Assembly (NCBI GenBank): GCA_040954595.2
Contig: CM082576.2
Location: 4,872,760 to 4,936,759 of the forward strand
Direction: 5' to 3'
From: Balanoglossus misakiensis
Taxonomy: Eukaryota; Animalia; Hemichordata
Length of the DNA stretch: 64,000 bases
In this document: positions 25,001 through 39,700 of the stretch, one piece after another
How positions within the stretch are numbered: position 1 is the stretch's first letter
How the letters are laid out: each line of letters begins with the position of its first letter
Made by a program: the position numbers and the translations under genes
The notes under the pieces: generated by a model
Databases searched by the model: none
What the model was told of the DNA's origin: nothing
What the model saw: the letters and a program-made list of their open reading frames with translations, nothing else

Positions 25001-27116
25001 TCGTCCAAGATGTTGATGGTTAGATTTGGATGCCAATGAGACTGTATCTCTGGAGGTCTATTATCATCAACACTCTGTAAAAGTGAGCACAGGAAAACAA
25101 ACTTGCTGCAGTTATGATTTATTATGAACACTATCACAAGTCTAAAGTACCTTTGACACAAAACAAACAACATAGTAGGTCTTTAGGTCAAAGATGCAGT
25201 TTCCAGAAATATTGACCTCAATAAATCTCTGTTCAGACACTTTTAATAACTCAAAGGTCAGAGAAAACTGGATAATACTGGACAGGATAGAACTGGATTT
25301 ACCCATACCCTTATCAAGTCAGGACTGGCATCGGTCTCCCCCGTCAGTAAGTTGACTGTTGTTCTGTACTTCTTCTTCTTGTATTTATTCAGCACTGCAA
25401 TGACAACAAAAAATAAGTTCTCCAGATTTAAGTAAAAAAATACAATAATTAATATATGTTATGTTACTTGTTATACATACACTTTGATCTATATGCAACA
25501 GCCTTCTTGGAGTATTTTCCCTTAAGTCTTGCGTCTGGCGATTTGCCGGCTTTGGTGAAATAAACATGGATGAAGATGGTGCCGTTGTTGAGCATTTTCT
25601 GAAAGAAAGAATATGGCAATATTATCAGCCAAGCTTCATGATCTCATACCCTGGTATACGTAAAAGACCAAATTCGACATTCTTGTCAAGAAACTTGAAT
25701 AGTTACACAAAACTTACATCAGTTGCCTCGATGACTCCATCGTGGGTGTACAATCCATCACCATTGGGACCTCCTGTCCAATCACCATATTCTATGTTAG
25801 TCTCTTCCCAAAACAAATACTTGCTGTCATTAAACTGGGTGAAGTCCTCCTCTTCAGATATGTACACTTTCATGTCCTGTGGATAAAAAGCATGTACACA
25901 TAGAAATAAATCAGAACTCACAAATGCTAGGAAGGGATAATGAGAACATAAAACCATGAATATTTGCAATGCAGGAGAAAAAAAAACAAAAGACAAGACA
26001 GCATTCTCCACTCACCATAACAGTACCCTTGGGAAACAAATTTTGGCCAAACTGTGATGCGCTTCCTGTCCCATCTGGGGTGGTTTCAGGCGGGGTAGAT
26101 CGACCACGGAAGAAACTGCTGATCATATAGATGATGAAGAGACGAAAAGCAAAGCCTTTCACCATCTGCCAGCCACCTTGCTGCTGTTGCTGTTGTTGTT
26201 GCTCACCCCCTTCTTGCTGATTAACCTGATGACGAAAGTTTTCAACATATGATTTAGTGGTACGTCCATGGTTACATGTAACAAGCTGACATGTATGTAT
26301 GATACAGTTAGTTTGGGTACTGCACAAAAAAATTAGAAGCTGTATTGTATCCTTCGTTCCAGGTCTATTGTTTTATCATGAACTGGAGAAAGTGCATGTA
26401 CCTCTATGGGGGTTTATTTGTATGAATGCATGGGCTTTGAGCAGCTCTTCCAACCAATATACCCCCATTTATAGTATTGATTAATCATTATACACGTATA
26501 TCAATTAAAACCCTCATTGTACCCCCCCCCCGGTTTTGTACGTACATGATAAAACAAACTGTCCCTTCGTGCGATTTATATTATAAATACACTAGAGACT
26601 CGAAAATGTTTCGATACACGTGACAATACAGCACTTCGCATGCTCCGTTTATGTTTGGAGTCTCAAGGTCGACATGTTGGGACGTATCAATTATTGAAAT
26701 TATTCGACGAAATATAACACAGAATTCATGTCAGCTTCGTGGGGAAATTAGGTTTGTTATCCATACAAGTAATGACTTGAGATGTATGGTCTTAGGCCCA
26801 CCAGTCTATTTTAAACAGGTACGCTCTCGGATGAGTGCAAACTGATTCATTCACTGAGGACTCCATATCCATTGTACATGTATGTATTGTTCGAATGATC
26901 AGCTGAAGCCGACACGATCACGACACGGCTATTTAAACGCTCGAAACGCCACGTTATGCTTATCATTAAAAACAAAGATTTGCGGTCCCATCGATTGACA
27001 TAGAATATGTAAAACGTTATTACCTCTCCATTTTGGCCCTGGGCGACTACTTGTCCATTATTTGATGCATCATTTCCACTGCTCCTTTGAGCGCCTGAGC
27101 TCTCAGAGTCAGCCAT
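22022..27116 (-). CDS. CLPTM1: Cleft lip and palate transmembrane protein 1 homolog
   Basis: ATG at 27116 (MADSESSG). 14 exons approx. 27116-27024, 26225-26016, 25877-25717, 25598-25481, 25394-25309, 25075-24954, 24687-24586, 24307-24163, 24047-23954, 23802-23612, 23410-23315, 23099-22963, 22609-22442, 22227-22022. Motifs SHWHPNLTIN, YINDYWN, ETNPYLL..FEFLAFKND, MMTPQLFINYKLKSVAHLPWR..NTFIDD and YLYQRWIYPVD. Confidence 0.95.
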
Positions 27117-28069
27117 TTTGGAGTTTGCTTGGAAGTGAGAGGGCGCTGTTAGATGGGTGACTTCGCGCATGCATGAGCTCATATGCATATTTACAGCGTC
27201 ATCTGACTTTCTTCTGGAAAATTCTACCATCCGAAAAAATATGATGTACACATCTTTTTTCGTGTGAATCTCAAGTATCGGGACCATTTCAAATTGACAT
27301 ATATAAGCCTAAAAGCCCTTTGGTACATTTTAATAGACAACTCAATTCAATCAAAGTTTCATGTCAGACTAAATGAAATCAGACGGCGATTTCAAAGAGT
27401 GGATGGAGCATATACTTTATCTAGCAGAGATCAAAACTTTGCCACATAACAACGTATGGATGGATAGCGTTGCCATTTCAATTACTTTCAGCTATTTTTC
27501 CTCTCACTGCGATTAGCTGAAATCTGCTAGGTAGAAATTTATGAAGTCGAAAAAACTTAAACTTTCAGGCTTTTACACATATGCCTATATATCATATCAA
27601 CTTCCATTTATATTTTGTAAAATTTGACCGGGTGTAACGTTGTTCGTGTTGTTGGTTGTGGACAAATTCAGTACTTGCGAAAGTGTAAACTTGTAGCTCT
27701 TGCAGATAAGTTTTCGAATTCACCAGAGCCTTATTTCTGAAACGCACTGACTGTACTGACGCACGAGTGTGGCGACCACATGCGGCCACTTTATTGTTGA
27801 GTGGCCGTGGACCACTGCGCTGCATTGTCTGCTATGAAACTCAAAGCAGTATCCGAACTTTTCTGTCCCGCCGTTGAAGAAATCGTTGTAGTTCGCAATA
27901 CAAGCAATATCTGAGAATTACGAACAGCAGAACGGACATCTGCTCTACCATATTTCAAATCCTATCAGGAACAGAGTAATTTCACAAACTTAGTACATGT
28001 GTATTACTGTCATTAATTACGTCACAGTGAATTTGTAATGAGCAGCCTGCGCAGTGTTTACTGGTAGCA
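27117..28069. promoter_or_regulatory. Divergent (head-to-head) CLPTM1/MEN1 promoter region
   Basis: Start codons about 950 bp apart on opposite strands. CpG-richer patches near both ends, an NRF1-like cgcgcatgca at ~27164, and YY1-like aagATGGCG at the second menin ATG. Confidence 0.6.
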
Positions 28070-31000
28070 ATGAGCAAGATGGCGGGTTTTCCGGACAGCG
28101 TCAGGCAATACTTTCCTATAGAAGATATCAAGTCAGTGGTAAAGCTGGTTCGGGCGCAGTTCACCGGCGATGCCAGCCCGGATCTGGCCCTCTTGTCCAT
28201 AGTGTTAGGCATCATCGAAAATGCGCTAACGTGCAATCGGTCGCTCGGCCCCCAGAACCAACCCACGGCTGGCGTCGAACGCATTTTCCCGGTCATCGAG
28301 TTTTCCACCGTGGAAGCCCTGTACGTCAAGTTTGTCACTCAAATCAAAGGTTCTGTGGACACTAGCGAGTACAAATCGGGACATGCGAATCGGGATTTTG
28401 TGAAGAAGGTTTCAGACGTGATATGGAGCTCACTTTCAAGATCTTATTACAAAGATAAAGCGCATCTGCAGTCTCTGTACAGTTTTTTGACAGGTGAGAT
28501 GCATATCACTGTAAAACACACTTGTGTATTTTATGCGTGGGAAGATTGAAATTCGACCCAGTGGCGTTAATATTGCTGACTGCACAGCGATGAAAATGTG
28601 TGTATCTGGAACATTTTCTTCAAGACCACACGCTCTATTTTATTTATTTTCACGCGCTTTATTTCTTACTCCGGGTTGGAATTTGCAAAAAACCGTCGTC
28701 ATACTCGTAACCTATGATTCATAGATGCCTTAGCCACAGTATGAGTCAGTGCTTGTTGTAAACACTGACACCATTTGCAGAGCTCGATTCGATGAAAATG
28801 CTGTTGCGCATTTCGAAATGGCGCTCAAATTACAGATTTTCGTGCAAATGACGGGTGCCTTCTGTCACATGTTTTATTCTAGAGGATATAATTACGATTT
28901 CTGCGACTTTGCTTTTAATCCTGACTGTCGTTTGCCCATAGTGGCGTCTCCCCCTCATGATGGAGTTGCGTTTAGTGACCACATGTTTGTGTGTGGTGCT
29001 ATGGCGCGCAATATCGACATGAGACACGCCCCCTGTAGCCAAGAAATTGACGCGCTCATAATACATGTATGTTGCACGCAATAAAGCGCCATATGCGAGA
29101 GGTTTCGATTGCATGTCTTCAACTTTTCCTGAACACAATGATTTATATAATAGTCAAGCATTATTTGCCTAATTCTCTTGAATAATTTTCATAAAATTAA
29201 ATAAAAAAGGGTATTGGAGGGATTCATCATGATCTCAGTGCATCTCTTATTTCATTTCCGGGGTGATTTTTGGGAAGTGTTGAAAGGTTAATATGAATAT
29301 CTTGCTTTCCTTAACTTAAAATCAGTGATTGTCGTCATGTTGCGTATTTCAATTTTCAGGATGCCTGCTTTTTAAAAATCAACAAGTTCCGCAACCGTCA
29401 CAAGAGTGTTCTGAATTATTGGTTTGTTTTCCTGTACTGCATTCACATGTTCCTAGACAGGAAGTTTGAAACAGGTATTAGTGTCAACATCCACAAGAGA
29501 CTTGAGGCCAGTGAACTTGCAGTTGTGTGTAGTGTGGATGTTTTCTTGTTGCTGAATGACTCTGTAACCCATGAACTTGTCCTTGACCACTGACCAGCGA
29601 TAGTTGTTGGTCTTGCTGCGCCAACCACAGCCAGTAAACAAAAATGGGACATCGGTGTTGACACGTTGGCGTCCTTATCAATTTTTCTGGCCATGGTGTT
29701 CTGACTTTCCTAGATATGAGGCAAACACATCTTTGATTGGATTTTTACGATCTTAGTTGTGTATGTATACTAAGCAAGGCATGCACAGATTAAATTGCAC
29801 ATAGGTGTAGCATCCACAATGAGACATTATGTGCCATGTCGACACGGAAGTTTCGTGGTGTTTTTATAGCAAGGAGAAATGTACAATTTATCAATCCTTA
29901 ATTTCCCCTGGGTATATTTCCAACGCCAAGTCTAATATAAGATTAGCTGCTAAATGGTTTACATGGTTTTCTTCCAAAAGAAAACGCTGACAGTATCATG
30001 TTTCAGTGTGAAAACCATTCAGCAACTTCCATCTGTCAACAAGTATTCATTTAAACGTGCCCCAGTAATATGTTGTTGGATTTATTATAGTCTAAACTGG
30101 TCATGGTCGTTGGGAGCACATAGATATATTGTGCTGCCCGCAAGCGAAGTACGAAGAATTGTTGTTCTCAAAAACCTCTATGCTGTGTGTGCTGTCTCTG
30201 TTTGAATGTGCCCAGTTGTAGGACAAATTGAAGGTTTTACTGCCAATTTTTAACCATCTAGAAGATGTGTAGCCCTTGAGCCAAAGTCCAATTTCCTGCT
30301 GTTGCGAATACAACACACTATTGCTGTTTGGCAGATGAGATGGATATTGAATCTGTCTGTTTCCTGCTGACTCGCTCAATACCAAGGTTCAAGCCTCTCA
30401 TTTCCCTCATTGAAATTCACCACAGAATCTTGCAGTGAACAGTGTCACTCCATCACCCAGTGTGAGTTTGTCTCATTCTGTTACCAAACCACCGAGGAAA
30501 TTTCTAATCCAATCATCAGAATGTGCCATACAGATACTATAACATTGTACTTTTTCATAATTTGGAACCCACAAAAGAAAGGTGTATAAAAATGCATGTA
30601 ATCATCACAATATCAAGAATATTGTCCCAAATATTTATTTCAATCATAGACAGGAGAATTAGAGTGGCCCACCTAAATTTACTTTCGGAAGATCACATGT
30701 TCAGCACTGGCACTGTTTATCAAGTGATCTAGGCCTGAGACACAAATGTTTGGATGATTGGGTGTTGCCATAGAAACCGATGAGAAGAAGGGCAATGCAC
30801 CTATCAGGCCAAACATGCTGCTGCATACTGCAGGCTTTTCAGGGAACTGTATTTCAGCAAGGAGAACTTTCACTTGCACGCAGTACATAGATCCGATGAC
30901 TTTAAGTGTGGAATTATTTAGCCTGGACAATTCACCGCATTTGTAATTTTATATCAGATAGTTCATGTTTAATTTGACAGGGAAAATAGTGATGATTGGA

Positions 31001-34000
31001 CACAGTCACTTCGCTGTGAATTTAAAAAAATCCGTGAAGTGGGACCGTCGCTTTTACATGGCAATTGAACTTTATATACCAGCAATATTTCTTGCCCATT
31101 ATTTTTCCACGTATTTCTTCTTTGATTAAAACTGGGTTAAGTGGCTAAAAATATGCCAGTGTTTACATTCATGATGCTATATCTATTTTCTCTCTCTAAA
31201 AGTCAAATTTTATTAGTGAAACGTTCACTTCACTTGTGGTGTTAAACATTGTGTGTGACTGTGTAGACCTTAGACTTGAACATATGACATTATGAAGAGG
31301 AATTCATACTTCAATAGAGCTTGTGTAGAATGTCTTGATGAGTTGCATTAAGATGAGTAACTGCATGGAATGATAGCTCTAAAACTGGAAGTGAAAGTAA
31401 AAGACTACAGATTAAAAATAAATACGACTGACATGTCATGGGATTATTATATTTAGTCTGTTTGTCACTACAGGAAAACTGAGGACTGATTAGCATAAGA
31501 TGTGGTTAGAGTTTGTTTATTTTTATCAATGTTACAAATTTCAAAAAATGCTCGTGCTTTTTCAAAAAAGCCAACGGCCCAGCTGTGAAAATACTGTGGC
31601 CAATACATTACAGCAAAAAGAGAGTGATTGCAGCTCCACATAAAGCTTACTTTATAACCACACACACTGTTGCCAGCTACAGATTACAATTTTCCACATT
31701 CCTGGAAGCGAGTTTTATTGTCCCTTTTATGGCCGTGAGCTAGAAATCCGTGTAATTGACTTGGTTTTATTTTAAATCTCATTTTAGGTAACAAGTTGGA
31801 CTGCTTTGGAGTAGCCTTTGCGGTTGTCGCGGCCTGCCAGGTTCTCAATTACAACGATGTTCATCTGGCTTTATCAGAGGATCACGCGTGGGTGGTGTTT
31901 GGGGAGAACGGCAGTGAGACAGCCGAAGTCACATGGCATGGCAAAGGCAACGAAGATAAGAGGGGTCAACCAATCAAGCTTGGTAGGTCACGAGGGGTTA
32001 ATACTTGAAGCGCACCACTAATTAGTGTGGTTGGTCTGAGGTCACTGTTAATGCAAAACCAAAATGCTCGTTATATGCTTAATGTGATAATGGTTAACTT
32101 TTTTATTGGGACCCAGCAAGGCATTGTGCATGGTTTGAAAGTGTAGTTGTTTCTGCTTCAGAATATCAAATGAGAATATGCAGTTGATTGAAAACAAAAT
32201 GCAGCCATCAGATTTCATAAATTTAGATATTTGTTGTCAAAGCAGTCTTTACAACCTAATGAATGTGGACAACAATTAATGTGTTATTTTTATCAGAGTG
32301 TGATGTGGAGGTATGTGTGTGCACAGTGCTCTAATTGATTTGGCTGCTCTTCCAGGAGTGCGTGTCGAATCAATATGTATCAGTCAGGGGATGTAATCTA
32401 TATCGCTGAGACTCAATTTTCGATTGCAGTTGCTGGATGTGATTGCCGGATTCCCTGATTTCTCTCTCTGGGTGATTTAGAGTCAATACGAGAGAGTGAA
32501 TATTGCACCGCTGGGAAAGTCTATCATTAGGCACCTTTAATGTCAGAGGTCTTCCGGTGCGTGTGTGTGTGTGGAATATTCTTAAAAGGATTCATATTTT
32601 AGGGTTAAAATGTATACATGGACATGGCACGGTGTCTGCAATGTGTGCTAATGATAGTCTGAACTGACAGGGAGACAGACAAACATCTTTTCAATGGAAA
32701 AAAATGACTCTGTAGATTTCCCCTGAAGTCATCTAGGTGGTGTTACATGAACCGGTACCTCTGTCACTCAGGGAATGGCAAATCCGTTCTCATTGTACCG
32801 GCATGGCTTAAAGCAAGAAAACCTGTCTTAATGATCATATGTGATGTGACATCTGTAGTCAGAACCTAATTTTGGATCTCGCGTTCAGAATGGAAATCCT
32901 CCATCTTTTTGGCAGCTGTGTCTCACTGCTTCATCAACCATCAATACCCCCCAAAAATGTCAGTGAAACCATCTATATCTGTCATGCTACTTTTTCATGG
33001 TGTATTCACCACACTAGCCCGAAGGAGATCGCTTACTGTCAACAACATCCCATCCACAGGTGTGGCAGAGATGTCCTGGTTGTATCTGAATGGCCAGCCT
33101 GTCATTTGCACCCGCGAGATGGAAGTGGCTGCCATGGTTTCCGGAGTCAATCCGTCTATCAATACAACCACCGACAGCATTGAATTGGCATCTCTACAAC
33201 AGGTGAGATTTACCATTTCAAAATTGTCTGCTAGTCTTTCATTTAAATCTACAAATGGATATGTGACATCAAGTTGCAGTCCAATTTGGACGCTGTTGGA
33301 CATTGCGTCAAATTCTACAACTGTGTGAGACCTTATTTTTGCATTCTAGCATTGTCTTAACACACATTCTTCTGATACTAATAAAAGTTATACACTTTAC
33401 AAAGTCCACATTAAGAGGGACTTTTTCCTGGTCATTTTTATCTCCAGTATAGAATAACAAATGATCTCATATTTGTTACTTATATTTTGCTTTCATCACA
33501 TCTTTTCAGGAACTTCTCTTGTTGCTGTATGATCTTGGCCACCTTGAGAAGTAAGTACAAAATACTGTTAGCTTTATAGACCTGGTATGATCGATCATCA
33601 TCATCAAGCACCATCACCGTCAAACAAACCACCTGTACATGCATCTTGATTCCATAGTCTTTGTTTTGGTGACTGTCAAATCCACATTATGGTTGCTTTG
33701 ATTCTATGATTGCGAGTTCTACACTTTTAAAACAAAAATGGCCGCTGTAAATTGAATTGTACCATTCTCTGTTTCTTCTGTAGATACCCCATGGCTCTCG
33801 GTAACCTTGCCGACTTGGAAGCGATCGACCGCAGTGTCGGTCGTCCCTCACCCAACGAACTCTTCAAACAAGCCATCGGGTCTGCACAGAAACATTACAA
33901 CGATCAGCACGTCTATCCATACACCTACTTTGGAGGATTTCTGTACAGGAAGAAGTACTACAAGGCAGCGTTGGAAATGTGGGCCAAAGCTGCCAATGTC

Positions 34001-35283
34001 ATACGAAGGTCAGTCAAGGTTCACAGTATTTATGTAAAGAAGAAATAAGTTTGTCAAGTTCAGGTTTTCCATGTGATCATACCCTGTGCGATAGAGACAG
34101 CTCATCTCTGTCTGTATTGTACTCTCTGTTTGGTCTTGTTTTGTTGTGTTTTACTGAATTTTTTTGATGCATTTTCAGGTACAACTACAACCGAGAAGAT
34201 GAGGAAATCTACAAGGAGTTCTTGGAAATCGCCCACGAACTGATCCCCAATATGTTGAAAGCTGCAAGTATGGTGCCGCTGACCGAACAGTCCATCCTGT
34301 GTGACCCACAATCCTTCGCATATCTTCTGCAGTTCTACGACGGAATCTGCCAGTGGGAAGAGGGCAGCTCCACGCCGGTTCTCCACATTGGCTGGGCCAA
34401 GCACTTCATCACCTGCGTGGCAAAGTTTTCTCCGAGCATTCGGGAACTGCTGGACATTACGACCGATGAGGAGGACGCTGAGGCCAAGGATGGAGATCAG
34501 GGGAAGGAGGAGAAGGAGAACGAACGGAATGGACAGAAACCCAGCGCGGAAACCGCAAACGGAGACGCCAAGAGTAAAGTCCTGAAGGGCAAAGCTCCAG
34601 GGAAAAGGCCGGGAAGCGGAAGGAAAGGCGCGCACGAGGCCAAACTGCATCCGAAGGAACAGGGGAAGGGGGACAGAGTCAAAGTGGAGACCAAACCAGA
34701 AAATCGCGGTACAGAGGACGAGGGCAGTGAGAGTGCCAACCCGAACATCTCGGCCTTAGCGGCGGATTGCGGTGACGTCTTGCCCCCGGACTATCTGTTG
34801 GAAAACCTGGCCACGGCGGGATCAACGACCGCGCAGTTCACATCATCGGCGTGGGACGGCAAGACCGACTTCAACGACTTCCTCAGCTCCCAGTCGAACG
34901 GGAGCGCCTTCCCGGGCATGACTATGGAATCGGTGATGAAAGCGGAGAGCCCGGCCGAGATGGTCCTCCACCGGCAGAGTCGCGGCGGCGACGCCCCAGC
35001 CGGGCCGCATGACGAGGATAGCAATATGAGCGCGCCGTCCAGCGAGGGAGGCTTCGCCACCCCGCAGCTGCCCCAGCCCCAACACCTGACCACCCAAAAG
35101 CTCACCTTCACCAGTGCCAAAATGAAAGGACTCAAGGATTTACTGACCACTTCTGGCAAAATCAACACCAGCGCCATACAGCTGCAGCTGACTGCCCAGT
35201 CGCAGGTGACAGTCATGAAACGTAGAAGTTCTGCATCGGATTATGACTACAGCAGTCAGCGCAGGAGGCAAAGGAGGGAATGA
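28070..35283 (+). CDS. MEN1: Menin (~710 aa)
   Basis: Exons 28070-28493, 31788-31982, 33060-33202, 33510-33550, 33784-34008, 34179-35283, in frame. Motifs [135 protein letters not shown] and a basic C-terminal NLS. The ATG at 28079 may be the true start. Confidence 0.97.
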
Positions 35284-38200
35284 TTACCAGTTTGAGAGTA
35301 AGTGAAGTCTTGTTACAGCAGGGAGAACATTTATATTTGCAATCGCTTTGAAATAACACATCTTTTTTTCTTAGTATAAAAAATGAAATGATAAAAAAAC
35401 ACTAATCTAGCTCCTTTCGTTCTTTTTGCAGCTTTAAGAAACAAAATGGCCATCAAGATTCATCAAGTTATTGATGCTAGCAATGTGATGTCATCATTAG
35501 AAACCTGCCTTGGCAACAGTTGCCAATATACATCGTAGAAGCTTGAAGAATGACGTCATTGGCATAGCAACCAGTGACATGAATTCTGTACTATTTATTG
35601 TTTTTTTTTGTCTTTGATGTATATAGTGCTATATATGTGTGTGTATACAATGTGTTGTATGAACTATCATCAAAACTTGAAGAAACACAAGCACTGTGAT
35701 AGGGTTGCCCGTTGCTATGCCACCAAGTTATGACCTTTCAACTTTCAAACATCTGAACACCAATCAGATTCATTCATGGTGGCATTTGTGTGTGTCAGAG
35801 GTCAACCCTTTCATTGTCACTTGTCAACAATTTTTTTAAACACCATCTGCTTGTCGTTGTTTTTTGCTATGTTTTCATTTCTATAAATTTAGAAGTAGTT
35901 TTGTAACAAAAATGGCAGTCACATCTATTTCTGGTTCAACGTAAACAGGATATCAAGTGCAGACTACATGTATGATAAAAACTTGACGTGTGCTTCGGTG
36001 TAGAACAACTGGCAATGTCAACAATTGGCATCTATTCAGAAGATGTCCACAGCCTCAGAGTCAGTTTCTACGCATTCAAAAAAGGGTCTGAGAAAAAACT
36101 TCACGACATGTTTAGTTTATTGAAAATAGTGTGCTTATTATTGCAAAAACAAGAAAAAAAAATCACCATAGACCAAATTTCTGTTTTTATTTTATAAATG
36201 TTCCCTGGTTCTACACAATATACTAGTAATTCACAAGAGAGTCGATTGTTTATGAACGTCTCCAAGTAAATTATTTTGACCTACTTACTGATAAGGTAGA
36301 GTTCCAAAAGTTCTGATGTGAAGCTAACATAAAAATTACGTAACCTTGAAAACTCACCTTTCTCAAAAACAAAAACAAACTCAACACAAAACTTAATATT
36401 AGAGCGTAAATGCCACTGCCAAAAATTGACAATAATCCACAATTTAGTGTTAAGTCTTGCATAATATTGATGTTACTAGTATTGTCTCTGTTCTGAAAGA
36501 AAGACACGCGTTTGTGTCAACATCGCACTTGCCTCTAGAGGGCGATATTACATAAGTACCGTAGGTGGCTTGAGCATCACCTCATACCTTTCGTGTTTCC
36601 ATGGTTTCCATTCTGGAATTGTTAAATTTGATGTTTTGATGCATTACATAAGAAATTGTCACATACCATGTTAAAGTGTTAAAGCGATGTGTTTATCAAA
36701 GATAAATCGCTCGCCAAGATTCAAAAACTGTTGTAGTTCAGTACATTTTATAATCAGCACAATATATATAAATCTCACCAGACATTGTCTAGAAATTTAA
36801 AGAAATCAAAAGTCCTCATATTCTAATAGAAATCTTCCATTCTTCTTTGTTGAACTTGATCGACAAATTTCAATATCATGAAAATTGCGCATCGGTAATT
36901 ACTTACATATTTTTATTAATTGTACATTTCGCCCAAAATGTGATTTGGCGTCTCCGTTTTCCAAAAAAATTGTCAAGTTATAGAGATTTAATTATAGATA
37001 TATAAGGTTATTCTAAATTTCTACATATATTCCAACTTTTAATGTTTTTATTGGTTTTGTACATGTATTTTGTCAGTGACATTTAGTTATGTTTGCACAA
37101 CCAGAAAAAGTACAAACACTATCGTTTGACTGCCAAAAGATTGAGCCAACTGTGTTCCTTCTGTTGGTCTTTTTATGTGCGATAAATATATTGCGAGCGC
37201 ACAGTTCAGTTGAAACTCACACTTTTGAAATATGATAACGAAGGAACAAACATATATTGCTGCCAGCCAGAGCAGTCAATTGAATTATGGAAGAAAAAAG
37301 TCAAGAGTTTTATTACTTTCATGCAATATGAATTCATGGTAACCAGAGGTGAAGGTCAGGGGTTAAGAAGTGAGATGTTCCCTGTCCTGGATAATCAGTT
37401 TGCATTTTTCTGTGGGATATTTTGTTTTCACTGTTATTGCAATAGCGACATAAACTACAAAAACCACACAAACATTGACAGACATTTCAAAGAAGTCATT
37501 AACAGGTTCCTTGATGAACTCTACAACCCCCATTGATTTAAGTTGCTGTGGTCTAACCCCATTGTTTTCCAATGGTGAGGTTTGATCCACTGGCGGCAAA
37601 GGAGGTAGTTTCAATGTCTAGCAGAAATAAGGAGCATCTAGATGTTTAAAATTTATGAACAAACGTTTCAATTTCTCTATAAAGTCTACAGGGGTTCTTG
37701 TCGTTGTTTTTTTTTTTTTTTTTTGTCTACTTCACCCTTTCAGAAGTGAAGGCCTGTCACAGGAATGCTTGAAAAACAAAACAGAAAATCAGTGCTTCGG
37801 TTTGTGAGAAGAAACATGAATGGTGAGAGAAAATTGAGTGAGAATGTGTAGGTCAGAGATTCTGTGCTTTATAGGTAGCTACTCATGATTGAAGGCTAGA
37901 AAGTTGTCCGAGTTGGATGAAGAAGTCATGCAGATGTGCTCTTTGGGGAGAATTTCAATAAAATGTTATTCCGGGGAAGTTGAAGAGAGAGTTTACATGG
38001 AAGTTTCAATACATATGCAAGTTTTTACTACAGTTCGGAACGTTCAGGAAAGAAATATTATGGGCTGTTTCAGTTTATTTGTGTCCTTTGTGGCATTTTC
38101 TGTCTCCGATTCTTTCTGTGTCTGTTGTTTTTCCTTCATAAACGACATTTTAATGTGTTTTAAAAATCTGTACCATGCTAGGATAGGTTTAATGCTTTTA

Positions 38201-39700
38201 CAGTCTGGCTGCTGCCAAGTTCTTATCCCTGGAGAACAACCGTGATGCTAGTCGTAGAATCTCTCTTTCTATGTCTTGTCTCTGTAAACCATGGCAACCG
38301 TTTGTTTCACTAGTACACAGAGAAGATGGAAGGGTTCGTTTTAGACTACTGCAAAGTTTACTTTTTTAATTGCCATTTGTGAAATGTAAAGTGAAAGATT
38401 GTATATTTTTTTGAGTTGGTAAAAAAAAATTTGATATGTGTTTTTCCAGCGGGAAGTGAACTTAGTTACACAGTGTTTTCCCAAATGTTGGCATGCTGGT
38501 CGGTTAGCAGCGTTGATTGTCGACTAGAAGGAATCTTCTCGATGACAAAAACCCACCTACAAGTTGTAAAGTAATGAGCTATTCTAGATGAGAGGTGGGC
38601 AGCTTATGGTTGGTTTGGTCCCTCTGGAGGGCAGTTCTAGTTCTGTTTTTAAGACTTCGTTTTATTTCTTCTCTTCATGAAAGACTTGTTTTGATTCCAT
38701 CCTGTCATTTACAGAAAGCCTATCTCATATTATAGAGCATATATTTTTCCCTCATGTTCTGTATAGCTTATATTCTGAAGTAGCTCAATAAAAATTATCT
38801 CGATTGCAACAGATTTTGTCATTTTCACCCTTTTAGGAGGCTGTGTCCTACTCGTGCTAAGGTGTGTGCACAATAGAAAGCGAGATAAAATCATGAAACA
38901 AACTTGGTTTGTTTTGCAAAAAAGAAATATTTATTGATTTTCAAAAAAATGTGATATGCAAAAATGTGGCATCTCATTGCTATGTACACATTTGATTTGA
39001 GGCCTGATAACCTCTTTACCTTTTTTTGGCTTTTCTGTGACACCAAAAGTATTCCTTGTAATTCTCTGACTATAGTAGATTGGGAATGTGATGAGTAAAT
39101 CTAAAATTGATCACGTATAGAAGCAATGAAAGCTGTGCAGTGTCTGTGTGAAATCCTAACTACTGTGTCTTATCCAAAGTGTAACCTTGCTCAGTGATTG
39201 AAGCCATTTCTGGTTTCGTTCCTTTTCATCTACGTTGTACAGAAAAGTTGGCACATTTTCTCAAGATAACTCTGATTTAATTGGTTGCGCTTAGCAAACT
39301 TCAATGACGAAAAATGTCTCGGTCAGCCAATCAGTCTGCTTCCTGTGATATTCTGAATCTGAACATAGACCCAAGCAAACGCATTGCATTTACAATTAAC
39401 CCCTTTTGGCCTGATGCTGATGAAATAAAAAGGCAAAGTTTCAGATGTGTTCTCAGGAAGTCATAAAGTAAGCATCAATACAACTTGTACACAAGGAGGA
39501 ACATGACAATGATTTTGACCAAATGAGTAGAAATATAGTGTTGGTTGATTGGATGCTGTGTCCATAACAAACATCTGCTGGTTAACCAATCAGAGGTTAC
39601 AAATAGAGTGAACATTGGTGCTGGTGAATTAAAAGAAAGAAAACAACTCCGGGACTACATTAATATACATGCACTGAAAACTAGAAGTGATAACTATATT

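Noticed and set aside
28749-31743. Several 60-110 aa ORFs in MEN1 intron 1 as a nested gene
   Set aside because: No recognisable domains, no consistent splice chain, and many non-ATG starts.
34102-35216. Long antisense ORFs over the last MEN1 exon (likewise over ANKEF1 and CCDC170 exons)
   Set aside because: Expected by-product of GC-rich coding sequence on the opposite strand.
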